Source: Spirochaetia bacterium (GTDB taxonomy: Bacteria; Spirochaetota; Spirochaetia; SZUA-6; Bin103). Taken from it: 64,000 bases of DNA. The stretch spans positions 7,136,001 to 7,200,000 of the forward strand of contig CBDBDQ010000005.1 in NCBI GenBank assembly GCA_965203905.1. Reading direction: 5' to 3'. The number at the start of each line of letters is the position of its first letter. Position 1 is the stretch's first letter. Positions 21,237 to 30,874 of the stretch are shown in pieces. Position numbers and translations under genes: made by a program. Under the pieces are notes generated by a model. The model was not told the DNA's origin. It did no database searches and was given only the letters and a program-made list of their open reading frames with translations.

Positions 21237-21500
21237 TCAAAATAGCGGGCCGCCGCGGGCTCGTTGGTGATGCTGTTCTGGGCGCAAAAAAACGGGAATC
21301 TGGGTTGAATCGGGTCCGGAGGAATTCAGTGCCCTGAGCGCCCCCTCGTTATCCTGCGACTTCATACAGAGCATGACGACGTCGTCTGGAGACCACTCGA
21401 CCTCCTTCGGTGAGGTTACCGCGGGTATCTTGAGGTTGTAGTTGCCGTGTGGTGTGTTGAGCGTCAGACCGGAGCGATTGATCGCGTTCACGTGTCCTGG
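21237..21500 (-). pseudogene. Ketopantoate reductase (PanE/ApbA) internal fragment
   Basis: RPGHVNAINRSGLTLNTPHG...DDVVMLCMKSQD...IPVF. Confidence 0.55.
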
Positions 21501-21519
21501 TCGTCCGATCAGGTGATTC

Positions 21520-21675
21520 CGATGCAATCCTGGGAGGTCTTCCTCTGTGGGGCTCATCCCGGCTATACTAGCTACGAGCAGTTTCTGCGCAAGCAGCTTC
21601 GGTTGCAGCAGAACTGTACCCGAGCCGAGGGAGAAGCCGGAGCGGTGCGTGCCGGTGCGGCGCAGCGCCCCGTCC
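21520..21675 (+). pseudogene. Second fragment of a large serine recombinase (recombinase-domain end)
   Basis: WEVFLCGAHPGYTSYEQFLRKQLRLQQN...GAVRAGAA matches the HPGYISWE.F..NQ..L..N...GAVREG motif. Confidence 0.55.
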
Positions 21676-21703
21676 AGAGATAGAGCCCTAAAGGAATCCG
21701 ACC

Positions 21704-22513
21704 ATGAAAATCGGCGCCTCCACCATCCTCCACCGCGACCGCCCTCTTGACCGGGATCTGTTCTGTGAGTTTCAGGAAGCGGGCATCGAGTCATTGGAGC
21801 TCACAGACTATCACCCCGACTTTAACTACGACGATCTCGGGGCTTTTGCAGATCTGCGAAGTGCAATCATGGACTTGTCGTTGCATCTCAACTCGCTCCA
21901 CATCCATCTCGAAATCTTCAATGACTATGACCTGGCGACGCTCGATGATGAACAGCGGGAAAAGACTCTGACCGCCTACCGTCAGGCGGTCGATGTGATG
22001 GACGCACTGGGTGGCGGAATCCTCGTGACACATCACATACAGATTCCGGAGCCGGACGACGCCCAGCACACCGAGAAACGGGCCGCTTACATTCGTAATC
22101 TGGGTGCGGTCGCACGGTATGCGGCGCCGAAGACGGTCAGTTTCGCAGTCGAAAATACCTCCCGAGGGTATACCCGGGATCCCTCTCGGCTTGTCGAACT
22201 GATCGCGGATCTGAATGAATCGAACGTGGGCGTTGTGATCGACACTGGACACCGCAATATCCTCGGCGATCCGGTCGAAGCCCTGCGGCTAGCCGGACAC
22301 CACCTCATGACCCTGCATCTGCACGACAACCATGGCGAAGAAGATGAACATCTGCTGCCGGGACGTGCTGACATCGACTGGGACGGCGTGGTCGGAGCGT
22401 TGGATGAAATCGGTTACTCCGGCGTCTTCATGTACGAGCTCAACAGATCCGAGGATCTGACGGAAATCCGTTCGAACGCTGAACAGCTCTTGGGATCCTT
22501 CACGGACTGTTGA
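21704..22513 (+). CDS. Sugar phosphate isomerase/epimerase (AP_endonuc_2 TIM barrel)
   Basis: FAVENT, VIDTGH, LHLHDNHGEEDEHLLPG and GYSGVFMYE. Confidence 0.9.
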   Translation: MKIGASTILHRDRPLDRDLFCEFQEAGIESLELTDYHPDFNYDDLGAFADLRSAIMDLSLHLNSLHIHLEIFNDYDLATLDDEQREKTLTAYRQAVDVMDALGGGILVTHHIQIPEPDDAQHTEKRAAYIRNLGAVARYAAPKTVSFAVENTSRGYTRDPSRLVELIADLNESNVGVVIDTGHRNILGDPVEALRLAGHHLMTLHLHDNHGEEDEHLLPGRADIDWDGVVGALDEIGYSGVFMYELNRSEDLTEIRSNAEQLLGSFTDC

Positions 22514-22578
22514 GGCAGCTCGACGGAGCCCCTGGCATCCGAGGGATTGTCAGGCAATTGAACAAAGGGAGATTGATC

Positions 22579-23525
22579 GTGGCCGAAGGAAGACTGAATG
22601 GGAAGGCGGCCATCGTCACGGGAGGCGCGACCGGTGTTGGCGGGGGCATTGCAGACAAGCTGGCTGCGGAAGGAGCCGCCGTTCTCATCGTGGACATCGA
22701 CGAAGCTGAGGCCAATGCGCGATCAGCGACGATCCGTGATGGGGAGGCCTGGCATCCGCGGTGGAAGGTGACGTCTCAAGGGAAGACGTAGCCAAGGCCA
22801 TGGTGGATCGGGCGGTCGACGAATACGGCCGTCTGGATATCCTGGTGCAGAACGCCTACGGCGTGATGGGTCTCCAGGATGGAAGTGCTCTCGAAACCAC
22901 CGTCGAGCGCTGGCACAAGGGTATGAACCTGCTGGTGATGGCGCATTTCCTGGGTGCCAAGTACGGTGTTCCGGCGATGCAGGTGGCGGGACCGCCCGAT
23001 GGCTACGACCCCGGTCCGTGGCAGGGTCGCGGAATCCGCCACGGCGACCCTCCACCGATGGAGATCGGACGGATCATCAACATCTCATCCGTGTACGGAC
23101 TCCTCCAGTCGGCCAATACAATGGTCTACGAGACCGGCAAAGCCGCCGTCAACGGCCTGACTCGCCAGATGGCCATCGACCTCGGTCCGCTCGGCATCAC
23201 GGTAAACGCCATCGCCCCCGGCCATATGGTGACCGAAAACCTCGAGAAGCTGTGGTCCGAAGTCGGGAACGAGGCCGGCTTCCATCTCGCGGAGTTGCAG
23301 TACCCCGTCCGACGCACAGGCACGCCTGAGGATGTTGGAAACGCCGTCGCCTTCCTTTGTTCTGAGGAAGCGGCGTTCATCACGGGCGTCGTTTTGCCCG
23401 TCGATGGCGGTCTTAGCATTCAGCTGCAGGAGAACATCGTCTTCGAACTGAAGAACTACATCCAGGAGAATTCCGGGCTGAAGACGTTCTTTGATGGCGG
23501 GTTCGGGTCGGGGGATCAGCGGTGA
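22579..23525 (+). pseudogene. SDR-family oxidoreductase split by a 1-nt frameshift
   Basis: TGGATGVG lies in ORF 22510-22791; NISS, YETGK and VNAIAPG lie in ORF 22761-23525. Adding one G to the GGGG run at 22741-22744 restores IRDGGGLASAVEGDV. Confidence 0.8.
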
Positions 23526-23539
23526 CGATCCATCGCGGC

Positions 23540-24690
23540 CTGGCAATCCATCAAAGAAAGCCTGGGTTGACGTTCGGCAGTTTCGTGAGCTGCTCTCGGT
23601 GTGCAAGACTCACGGCCACGGGGCCGCGGAGGTATACCAGCAGTGCCACACGCCTCTTACGCAGGTTGTAGCGCTGTATCGAGACGAGTTCTTGAGCGGC
23701 TTCATCTTAAAGGACAGTGTGAGATTCGACGAGTGGGAGCTCATGGAAGCGGAGAATCTCAGGCGGGAGTACGCACCGGCGCTCCAGAATCTTGTCAGGT
23801 TCCTGAGCGAGTTGGGTGAGTTTGAACCGGCAATTGCCTTCGTGCGGGACTGGTTGGCGCTGGATCGGTTGCATGAGACGGCCCACCGCTCGTTGATGCA
23901 GCTCTCTATACGTGGGCGGGAGATCGAACGCAGGCGCTGAGGCAGTATCAGGAGTGCGCTCGGGTGCTGAAGGCGGAGATCGATGCGGAGCCTCTTGAGG
24001 AAACCACCCGACTCTTTGAAGCGATAAAAGCGGGAACTATTCCTTCCCGCCCTTCAAGCGGAGCACCAACCCCCACCGTCGAAGAAGAAAAAAGGATCGT
24101 TCCCCTTCCAAATGAGCGCACCAAGGCCAACGGAGCGGCACCGACGAGGAACGGTTGGCGCGGGCACCGGCATAATCTTCCGGCGCAAGTGACCCCCTTT
24201 ATCGGTCGTGAGAAAGAAGTAGGGCAAATCGCAGAGCTGCTGTTGCGGCCCGAAGTGCGTTTGGTGACTCTCATCGGATCCGCCGGCACGGGAAAGACCA
24301 GACTTGGATTGCAGGTTGCCGCTGAGATGGTTGGCGAGTTTGCGGCCGGTGTTTGCATCATATCCCTTGAATCCATTTAGATGCCGATCTGGTCGCCGGA
24401 GCCATCGGCCAGGAGCTCGGACTGCAGGAAGGGCGAGATCAGACGATGGGGGAGATGTTGAAGGACTACCTTCACCACCCGGCAACAGACGTTAAGAATT
24501 GCCATCGCCTGGAGCTTCGATCTGCTGGATGAGGAAGACCGGGTGTTGTTTCGACGGCTTGCGGTGTTCGCGGGAGGATTTACCCTTGAGGCCGCTGAAG
24601 AGGTATGCGGCACGGTTGACAATGTAGCCTGCGATGTCCTGGATGGGATGGTGTCCCTCGAGGAGCAGAGTCTGATTGTCATAGATACTG
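23540..24690 (+). pseudogene. BTAD/NB-ARC (AfsR/SARP-like) regulator remnant
   Basis: WVDVRQF...FDEW...LDRLHETAHRSLMQL (BTAD), HNLPAQVTPFIGRE and GSAGTGKTRL (NB-ARC), LFRRLAVFAGGFTLEAAEEVC. Several frameshifts and deletions. Confidence 0.8.
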
Positions 24691-25023
24691 CTTTACGAGC
24701 ATCCGGCCCTCGAGCCGTGACGTCTGGCATGCGGAGCCAGCAACCCTTGGTGCGCGAGGCGTACAGGCAATAGCGCCTGATGAGCTGGACCCGCTTGAGG
24801 AGCACTCGGTATCGCCACTCAATCTTCGACTGCTTGGGGTCACCCGCCACAAGCCTGTGTGGCCACTGGTAACGACAACGCGGCTGTCCCACGCTTCGGG
24901 CTACGTTCGTGGCTCCGCGTTGTGCCTAACCTGGCACCGTTCTCCGCCGAGCGTGATATACTTGTCGAACACCCTGCATACGATGTGGCCAATGCCTGCG
25001 CGATCAGGGCAACGGGCCCTGAG

Positions 25024-25636
25024 ATGAAATACATGCGGATCGTCGAGGTGATCCGTGAGCGAATTGCCTCCGGTGAGTATGACGGCAGGACACCTTCGGA
25101 GGGACATCTCTACTCTTTGCCAGGGAAGGGATCTACAGCTTCCGCAATAAGAACGGCGCAGAGATCAGAGGTTCAGTAGGATTCTCCGACCAGATGAAAC
25201 GACTGAACGCGACGGTCACAAGTCGTGTGATTGAAGCCAGAGTGATCCCGGCTTCCACGGCGATTGCAGGCCTCTTGGGCAAGTGAACGATCGTGTATAC
25301 CGAATTGAGCGAGTGCGACTGGTTGACGGTGAACCTGTTGCCATACAACGGTCGTCAATCCGTCACAAACTATGTCCTGGGATCCTCGAGCACGATCTGG
25401 AGAAATGTTCCCTGTTTGAGTTGTTCAGAACCGAGTACCACCTCCTCATCACTCGTGGGCGTGGCTCGGTTGAGGCGCGCCTCGCGGAGCAGGAGGAGCT
25501 GCCGCTGCTGGAACTGAAACCGCCTCAGTCGGTACTCGTCACGGAACGGATCACTATGCAGGCCGACGGCGAACCGCTGGAGTTCGTAGAGTCAGTGTAT
25601 CGAGGCGACAGGTATCGACTCGACCTCAATGAGTGA
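25024..25636 (+). pseudogene. GntR/UTRA (HutC/NagR-like) regulator, broken
   Basis: KYMRIVEVIRERIASGEY...PSE (wHTH start, internally deleted) and a UTRA domain ending PLEFVESVYRGDRY, in different frames. Confidence 0.75.
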
Positions 25637-25832
25637 CCCTTTCAGGCGACGACTGAACACCGGCTCAACGGCCAAGGCCGCATACCTTGGCGTGGACATC
25701 GGGGGCTCAAATGTCAGGGTCTTGGTGCCGCCCCGCCTGACGTCCAGTCTTCTCCGTGATAAAGCTGGGTTACTCGGTGCCGTGCGGTGTGCTATGGACA
25801 TAGCTCCTGGCGCGCGCACCGGGCACCGATGA
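25629..25832 (+). pseudogene. ROK-family sugar kinase with most of its interior deleted
   Basis: The N-terminal YLGVDIGGSNVRV is joined to the C-terminal SSLLRDKAGLLGA in 67 aa. Confidence 0.7.
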
Positions 25833-25920
25833 ATCCGCTGCACAACCCGCACTTTCGGTTGACAGGAAAGATATGCAGGTGTATTCCTATAACTCACATG
25901 GCAATGGTCGAGGGTATAGA

Positions 25921-26673
25921 ATGCCAGTAAAGCTCGTCGTCTTTGACAGCCACGAAAACATGAGTGAAGCCGCAGGGGGGGTCATTCTGAGTGAGCTGCT
26001 GTGGAACCCGCGGCTTATTGCGACTTTGGCTGCCGGAGAGACCCCGGTTGGTGCGTACGCTGAAGTTGCGCGGCTTCGCCGGCGCTACGGGCTGCCTTTC
26101 CCCCATGCCCGCGTCTTGAAACTTGATGAATGGCTGGGCGTGCCCATGGACGAGGCGGGCAGTTGTGAGCACTTCGTTCGCGAGCATGTTCTCGTTCCGT
26201 GGGGCATTGCGCAGGACAACTACATCGGGTTTCGGGGGGACCTCGCGGAGCCGGACCTGGCGTGCAGTTCCGTGCGGGAGTGGTTGGATCGAGAGGGACC
26301 GATCGATCTGGCCGTGCTCGGATTGGGTGTCAACGGGCACCTAGGGTTCAATGAGCCGGGGGCGTCGCTTCTTCTCCGCCCACATGCCGCCACGCTCTCC
26401 GAGGCGTCCCGGGATCACGGTATGGTCAGCCACCGTCGTTCGAGCATCATCCGCGGCATCACCCTCGGCGTCGGTGACCTCATGGCCGCGCGGCGTATTC
26501 TGCTGCTGGTTAGTGGCGAACGCAAGGCCGACCAGCTAGCTCAGCTATTCGCCGGATCCGTTACGACTCAGGTGCCGGCCACTCTTCTGAACGTTCATTC
26601 CAACGTAGCGTGCTACTGCGACAAGGCTGCAGCGATGCGGTTGCCGGCGGAAGTGACGTCGCGGGCTGGTTGA
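25921..26673 (+). CDS. nagB: Glucosamine/galactosamine-6-phosphate deaminase family protein
   Basis: AAGETP, LKLDEW, IDLAVLGLGVNGHLGFNEPG, GITLGVGDL and VPATLLNVH. Confidence 0.8.
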   Translation: MPVKLVVFDSHENMSEAAGGVILSELLWNPRLIATLAAGETPVGAYAEVARLRRRYGLPFPHARVLKLDEWLGVPMDEAGSCEHFVREHVLVPWGIAQDNYIGFRGDLAEPDLACSSVREWLDREGPIDLAVLGLGVNGHLGFNEPGASLLLRPHAATLSEASRDHGMVSHRRSSIIRGITLGVGDLMAARRILLLVSGERKADQLAQLFAGSVTTQVPATLLNVHSNVACYCDKAAAMRLPAEVTSRAG

Positions 26674-27471
26674 GCATCGCTGTTCGATATACCTAGAGGG
26701 ATTCCGCATATGACCACAATGATCGATACTGACGATTTCGAGGTCGAGAGGGCGTGGAAAGCTCGCCTGATGCGAAACAAGGAGATTGTATTAAGGTCGT
26801 TATCATTGGTGCCGGAAACGTATTCGCACCGGGATCTTTGGTTGATCTGTTGGAAATTGCGAATAGGATTGCGAGCTGGTGTTGGTAGACCTAGATGGTG
26901 AAGCTGCCAGACGCATGGCGGAGATCGCCAGGATCATGGCGAGGAAGAACCCAGAGACATACCGTGCTGAGTTAGCGGGATCACTCAACCTATCGAGCTG
27001 CTTATCCAAGGCAGGATGTCTTAAGCACGCACTCGATGCGATCGAAGAGGGCGTATGGCTATCGCGACTTGGCTGCCGCAAGACCCGACGCATTTCGGTA
27101 TCGTCAAAGACGGCAGCCAAGCGCTGATCCGTTGGTTGAAGCGGCGTTGCAGCCGAAGGACCAAAGAAGCTGTTGACACCCTCGCCGCTTACCCAAGCGC
27201 CGGCGGCGAAGAAAGTGCTTGAACGAACTCTGGAGATGGACCTGCAGGAATCGCCTGCCCTTGCAGACGAACTCCGTACGTTACTCGGCCAGAGATCTAC
27301 AGTCTATGGAAGGCAGACGGCGATCGCGACAGGCGGGAGTACGATCACCCAGATCCAGGGCAACGACAATCGATCAGGACCAACCGAGTAGCAGGGATCG
27401 GGTGAAGACGGACGTGGTTTTGCGTAGTCCCCGACATCCTACGCGCATCCCCGGCGCGTACCTGAGATAGC

Positions 27472-27966
27472 GTGGTCTCGATAGAACCGATCAATCGCCG
27501 GAACGCGCTCGCGTTCAAGGTCGCGCGGTTGCGCGCCCTGCAAGACGCTCCCACTGCGTTCGGTTCCACGTATGCAGCCGAGTCCCGGTGGACCGACCAG
27601 GATTGGCTGCAACGCGCCGACCGGTGGAACAGAGACCGCTCGGTGGCGTTCCTGGCATTGGACTCCAAGCTGCCGTGCGGGATCGTTGGCTCGTTCCTCG
27701 ATCGCGAGGAGCCGTCGCACGCCGTTCTGGTTTCGATGTGGGTGGCACCTTCGCATCGCCGCAGCGGCGTCGGGCGCGCACTGGTCTGTGCGGTCGTGGA
27801 TTGGGCTCGGACCAAGGATGCTCGGGTGATCCACCTGACGGTAACGTGCAACAACGACACCGCCATCACGTTCTACCGGAGCCTGGGCTTCTCGTTCACC
27901 GGCGCTACCGAGCCCTATCCCAACGACGCGGAACTGTTCGAGCAGGAGATGCGCAGAGCAATCTGA
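27472..27966 (+). CDS. GNAT-family N-acetyltransferase
   Basis: SMWVAPSHRRSGVGRAL and NDTAITFYRSLGF. Confidence 0.9.
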   Translation: MVSIEPINRRNALAFKVARLRALQDAPTAFGSTYAAESRWTDQDWLQRADRWNRDRSVAFLALDSKLPCGIVGSFLDREEPSHAVLVSMWVAPSHRRSGVGRALVCAVVDWARTKDARVIHLTVTCNNDTAITFYRSLGFSFTGATEPYPNDAELFEQEMRRAI

Positions 27967-28010
27967 ACCTGGATTTCGATCCGAGCCAGCCGGGCGGGAG
28001 GCAGGCTGTT

Positions 28011-28871
28011 TCAGCGGCCGAGGCGGTACTCCAGGCCCAGGCGGTCGAGCAGGCGCAGGATCGGCTCGGCATGGACCCCGACGCCGACGTTGAGGAACTG
28101 GTGCGGCTGCGGCTTGAAATCCAGCGGATAGTGGCGGGTGTGTGACTGCAGTGCCCAGATGGTCCCGTTGACGTCGACGATCGGGCCGCCGCTCTGGCCG
28201 CGCAGGCCCGGAGTCGAGGTCTCGATGAAGGTGCCCAGCTCGCCGTTCTCGGCGGTGGGGGAGGGACAGCGCAACATCCGCACCAGCATCCCCTCGAACG
28301 GGAACAGCGGCAGCGGCACCGAGTCGGCCGGCAGCAGGAACGCCTGGCGCGACTCGTCGTAGGTGGGGACGATGTCGTGGAACGAGAAGCCGAGCCGGCA
28401 CAGGCTGCGGCCGGGGCGATAGTCCGCATCGGGGCGCTTGAACACCGGGTAGTAGGAAATCTGCTGCGGATCGAAGGGCTGCAGGCGGCCCACCGCCAGG
28501 TCGTTTGCCGCATCCAGCGTCACCTCATGCAGCGTGGCACCGTCGGTGCCCCACCACACCGAGTGGTCGCGCACGACGTCGGGGGCCGGGGTCTCCTCCT
28601 CGGCGGAACGCCTGCGGCGGCGGCGCCGCGCCAGCCAGCTCTCTTTCGGAGCGGTGTCGGGAACGGCGGCCGGACGGGAGCGGAACGCTTGCACGGCCTC
28701 CTGCTGGCTGCGGATCAGCGCCAGCACGTGCGCTGCCGTCAGCACCCAGCCTTCCGGATTCACCACCACCCCGGCGCCGATCTCGCAGCGGCACTTGCCC
28801 GCTACCGTGCGGCTGGAGATGACCACCGGAATCGTGAACTTGCCGGCGCGTGCGATCGCCTCAGTGAACAT
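28011..28871 (-). CDS. Trypsin-like serine protease (no signal peptide)
   Basis: Catalytic triad motifs VLTAAH, NDLAV and GQSGGP. Confidence 0.85.
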   Translation of the reverse strand: MFTEAIARAGKFTIPVVISSRTVAGKCRCEIGAGVVVNPEGWVLTAAHVLALIRSQQEAVQAFRSRPAAVPDTAPKESWLARRRRRRRSAEEETPAPDVVRDHSVWWGTDGATLHEVTLDAANDLAVGRLQPFDPQQISYYPVFKRPDADYRPGRSLCRLGFSFHDIVPTYDESRQAFLLPADSVPLPLFPFEGMLVRMLRCPSPTAENGELGTFIETSTPGLRGQSGGPIVDVNGTIWALQSHTRHYPLDFKPQPHQFLNVGVGVHAEPILRLLDRLGLEYRLGR

Positions 28872-28877
28872 GGAGGT

Positions 28878-30083
28878 TCATGCCGTCTCCGGTAGGCGGC
28901 GTGCCGCCACCTGGGCCGCCTGGTACACGGCCTGCAGCGGCGTGCCGGTGGCCTCGGCGGCGCGCCGGCAATCGTCGTATTCGGGCGCCCAGCGTGGCTC
29001 CAGGCCGGCGCCGCGTACCACCTTGACGCGAATCTCGCCATGCGGAGTGGCTACCCGGCGGGTCTCCCGCGCCAGCGCGTACCGTTGCACCGGGTGCTCC
29101 CGCACGCCGATGGTAGTGGTCTCGCGGAACAGCAGCCGTCGCACCGCGGCGCGCTGCGACGGGCGGCACAGCACGCTCAGCAGGGTGGCGGGGCGGTTCT
29201 TCTTCATCGCCGCCGGCTGGGTGAACACCTCCAGGGCACCGGCCGCGAACAGGCGCGCACTGACGTAGTCGTACAGCTCGGGGTTCATGTCGTCGATGTT
29301 GGTCTCGACCACGAACAGCCGCTCGGGCGCGGGCTCGGCGCTGGGCCCGTCCCCTTCGCCGCCGGCGTCGGAGGCCTCCCCTACCAGCAGCCGCACCACG
29401 TTGGGGATGGCGCGCTCGGCGCGGCCCGCGCCGTACCCGACCGCGCGCACCTGCATGGCGGGCAGCGCCCCGAATTCCGCCGCCAGCGCGGTGACCAGGG
29501 CCGCACCGGTAGGCGTCACCAGCTCACCCTCCACCTCGGCCCCGGTCACCGGAACCCCTGCCAGCAGCGCCACGGTGGCCGGCGCCGGCAGCGGCAGCCG
29601 GCCGTGGGCGGCATCGACGAAGCCGCGCGCCAGCGGCAGCGGTGAGCACACGACGCGCTCCACTCCGAGCAGCTCGAAGCCGGTGAGCACGCCTACCACG
29701 TCGACGATGGTATCGATGCCGCCCAGCTCGTGCAGGTGGACGCGCTCCGGTGCGGTGCCGTGGATCGCGGCCTCTACCTCGCCCAGGCGGCGGAAGATGG
29801 CCGCGGCGCGGCTCTTGATGGCGGGAGGGACGCCGCTCGCCTCCACCAGGGCGATGATCTCCGGCACGTGGCGCTCGGTGGCGTGATCGGTCACCCGCAC
29901 CTCGACCTGCAGCGCGCCGACACCGGCCTTCTGCACCCGCCGCACCGCCAGCTCGAAGCCGGGCAGGCGCAACGCGGCCAGACGGCTGCGCAACTCCGCC
30001 TCGGGGACGCCGGCGTCGAGCAGCGCGCCGAGCAGCATGTCGCCGCTGGCGCCGGCGATGCAGTCGAGGTAGGCGACGGTCAC
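28878..30083 (-). CDS. larC: Nickel-pincer cofactor nickel-insertion protein LarC
   Basis: YLDCIAGASGDMLLGAL, VHLHELGGIDTIVD, ELVTPTGAA, ETNIDD, MKKNRP, ETTTIGVR, PEYDDC. Confidence 0.95.
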   Translation of the reverse strand: MTVAYLDCIAGASGDMLLGALLDAGVPEAELRSRLAALRLPGFELAVRRVQKAGVGALQVEVRVTDHATERHVPEIIALVEASGVPPAIKSRAAAIFRRLGEVEAAIHGTAPERVHLHELGGIDTIVDVVGVLTGFELLGVERVVCSPLPLARGFVDAAHGRLPLPAPATVALLAGVPVTGAEVEGELVTPTGAALVTALAAEFGALPAMQVRAVGYGAGRAERAIPNVVRLLVGEASDAGGEGDGPSAEPAPERLFVVETNIDDMNPELYDYVSARLFAAGALEVFTQPAAMKKNRPATLLSVLCRPSQRAAVRRLLFRETTTIGVREHPVQRYALARETRRVATPHGEIRVKVVRGAGLEPRWAPEYDDCRRAAEATGTPLQAVYQAAQVAARRLPETA

Positions 30084-30874
30084 CGGCCACCGTCCGGCGG
30101 CGCCGCGGCACCCGCGGCAGCACCGATCTGGCGCACGATCGCGTGCGCCATCAGCGCGGCACCGAAGCCGTTGTCGATGTTCACCACGGACACCCCCGCG
30201 GCACACGAGTTGAGCATCGCCAGCAGCGCCGCCGCGCCGCCCAGGTTGGCGCCGTAGCCGACGCTGGTGGGCACGCCGATCACCGGTGCCGCCAGCAGCC
30301 CGGCCACCACGCTGGTGAGCGCTCCCTCCATGCCGGCCACGCTGATCACCACCGCGGCACGTTCCAGTTGCGGCCGCACCGCGAGCAGGCGATGCAGCCC
30401 GGCCACCCCGACGTCGTAGCAGCGCTGCACGCTGGCGCCGAGAAACTCCAGGGTCTGCGCCGCCTCCTCGGCGACCGGCAGGTCGGCGCTGCCAGCGCTG
30501 ATCACCGCGACCGGCGCAGTGCCTTGCGCGGCTACCGCGGCCCCCAGGGTGAGCAGCCGCGACACCGGATCGTAGGCCACCTCCGACACCTGTTCCAGCA
30601 CCCGCTGTGCCTGCTCCGGTGTCGCCCGCGTGCCCAGGGCGCGGCCGTGGTGGACGTGCAGGCGCCGTAGAATCTGCGCCACCTGATCCGCGCTCTTGCC
30701 GGCGCAGAACACCACCTCGGCCACTCCGGTGCGCAGCGCCCGCTGGGTGTCCACCCGCGCGCCGGCCACCGTGTCGTCTACCGGGAAGCCGCGCAGCCGA
30801 TCCAGTGCCGCGTCCACTTCCAGACGGCCCGCCCGCACCTCGGCCAACAGGACGGCGAGCTGCTCCTCGGTCAC
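30080..30874 (-). CDS. larB: Nickel-pincer cofactor carboxylase/hydrolase LarB
   Basis: AGSADLPVAEEA, DVGVAGLHRL, AGMEGAL, PTSVGYG, MLNSCAAGVSVVNIDNGFGA. Confidence 0.95.
   Translation of the reverse strand: MTEEQLAVLLAEVRAGRLEVDAALDRLRGFPVDDTVAGARVDTQRALRTGVAEVVFCAGKSADQVAQILRRLHVHHGRALGTRATPEQAQRVLEQVSEVAYDPVSRLLTLGAAVAAQGTAPVAVISAGSADLPVAEEAAQTLEFLGASVQRCYDVGVAGLHRLLAVRPQLERAAVVISVAGMEGALTSVVAGLLAAPVIGVPTSVGYGANLGGAAALLAMLNSCAAGVSVVNIDNGFGAALMAHAIVRQIGAAAGAAAPPDGGR

Noticed and set aside
25859-25887. TTGACA-17 bp-TATTCC promoter for nagB
   Set aside because: The -35 is perfect but the -10 is weak, and a better TATAAC lies at the wrong spacing, so it was not called.
26710-27391. Short ORFs (possible TPR and small helical remnants)
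   Set aside because: Too fragmentary to assign a family.
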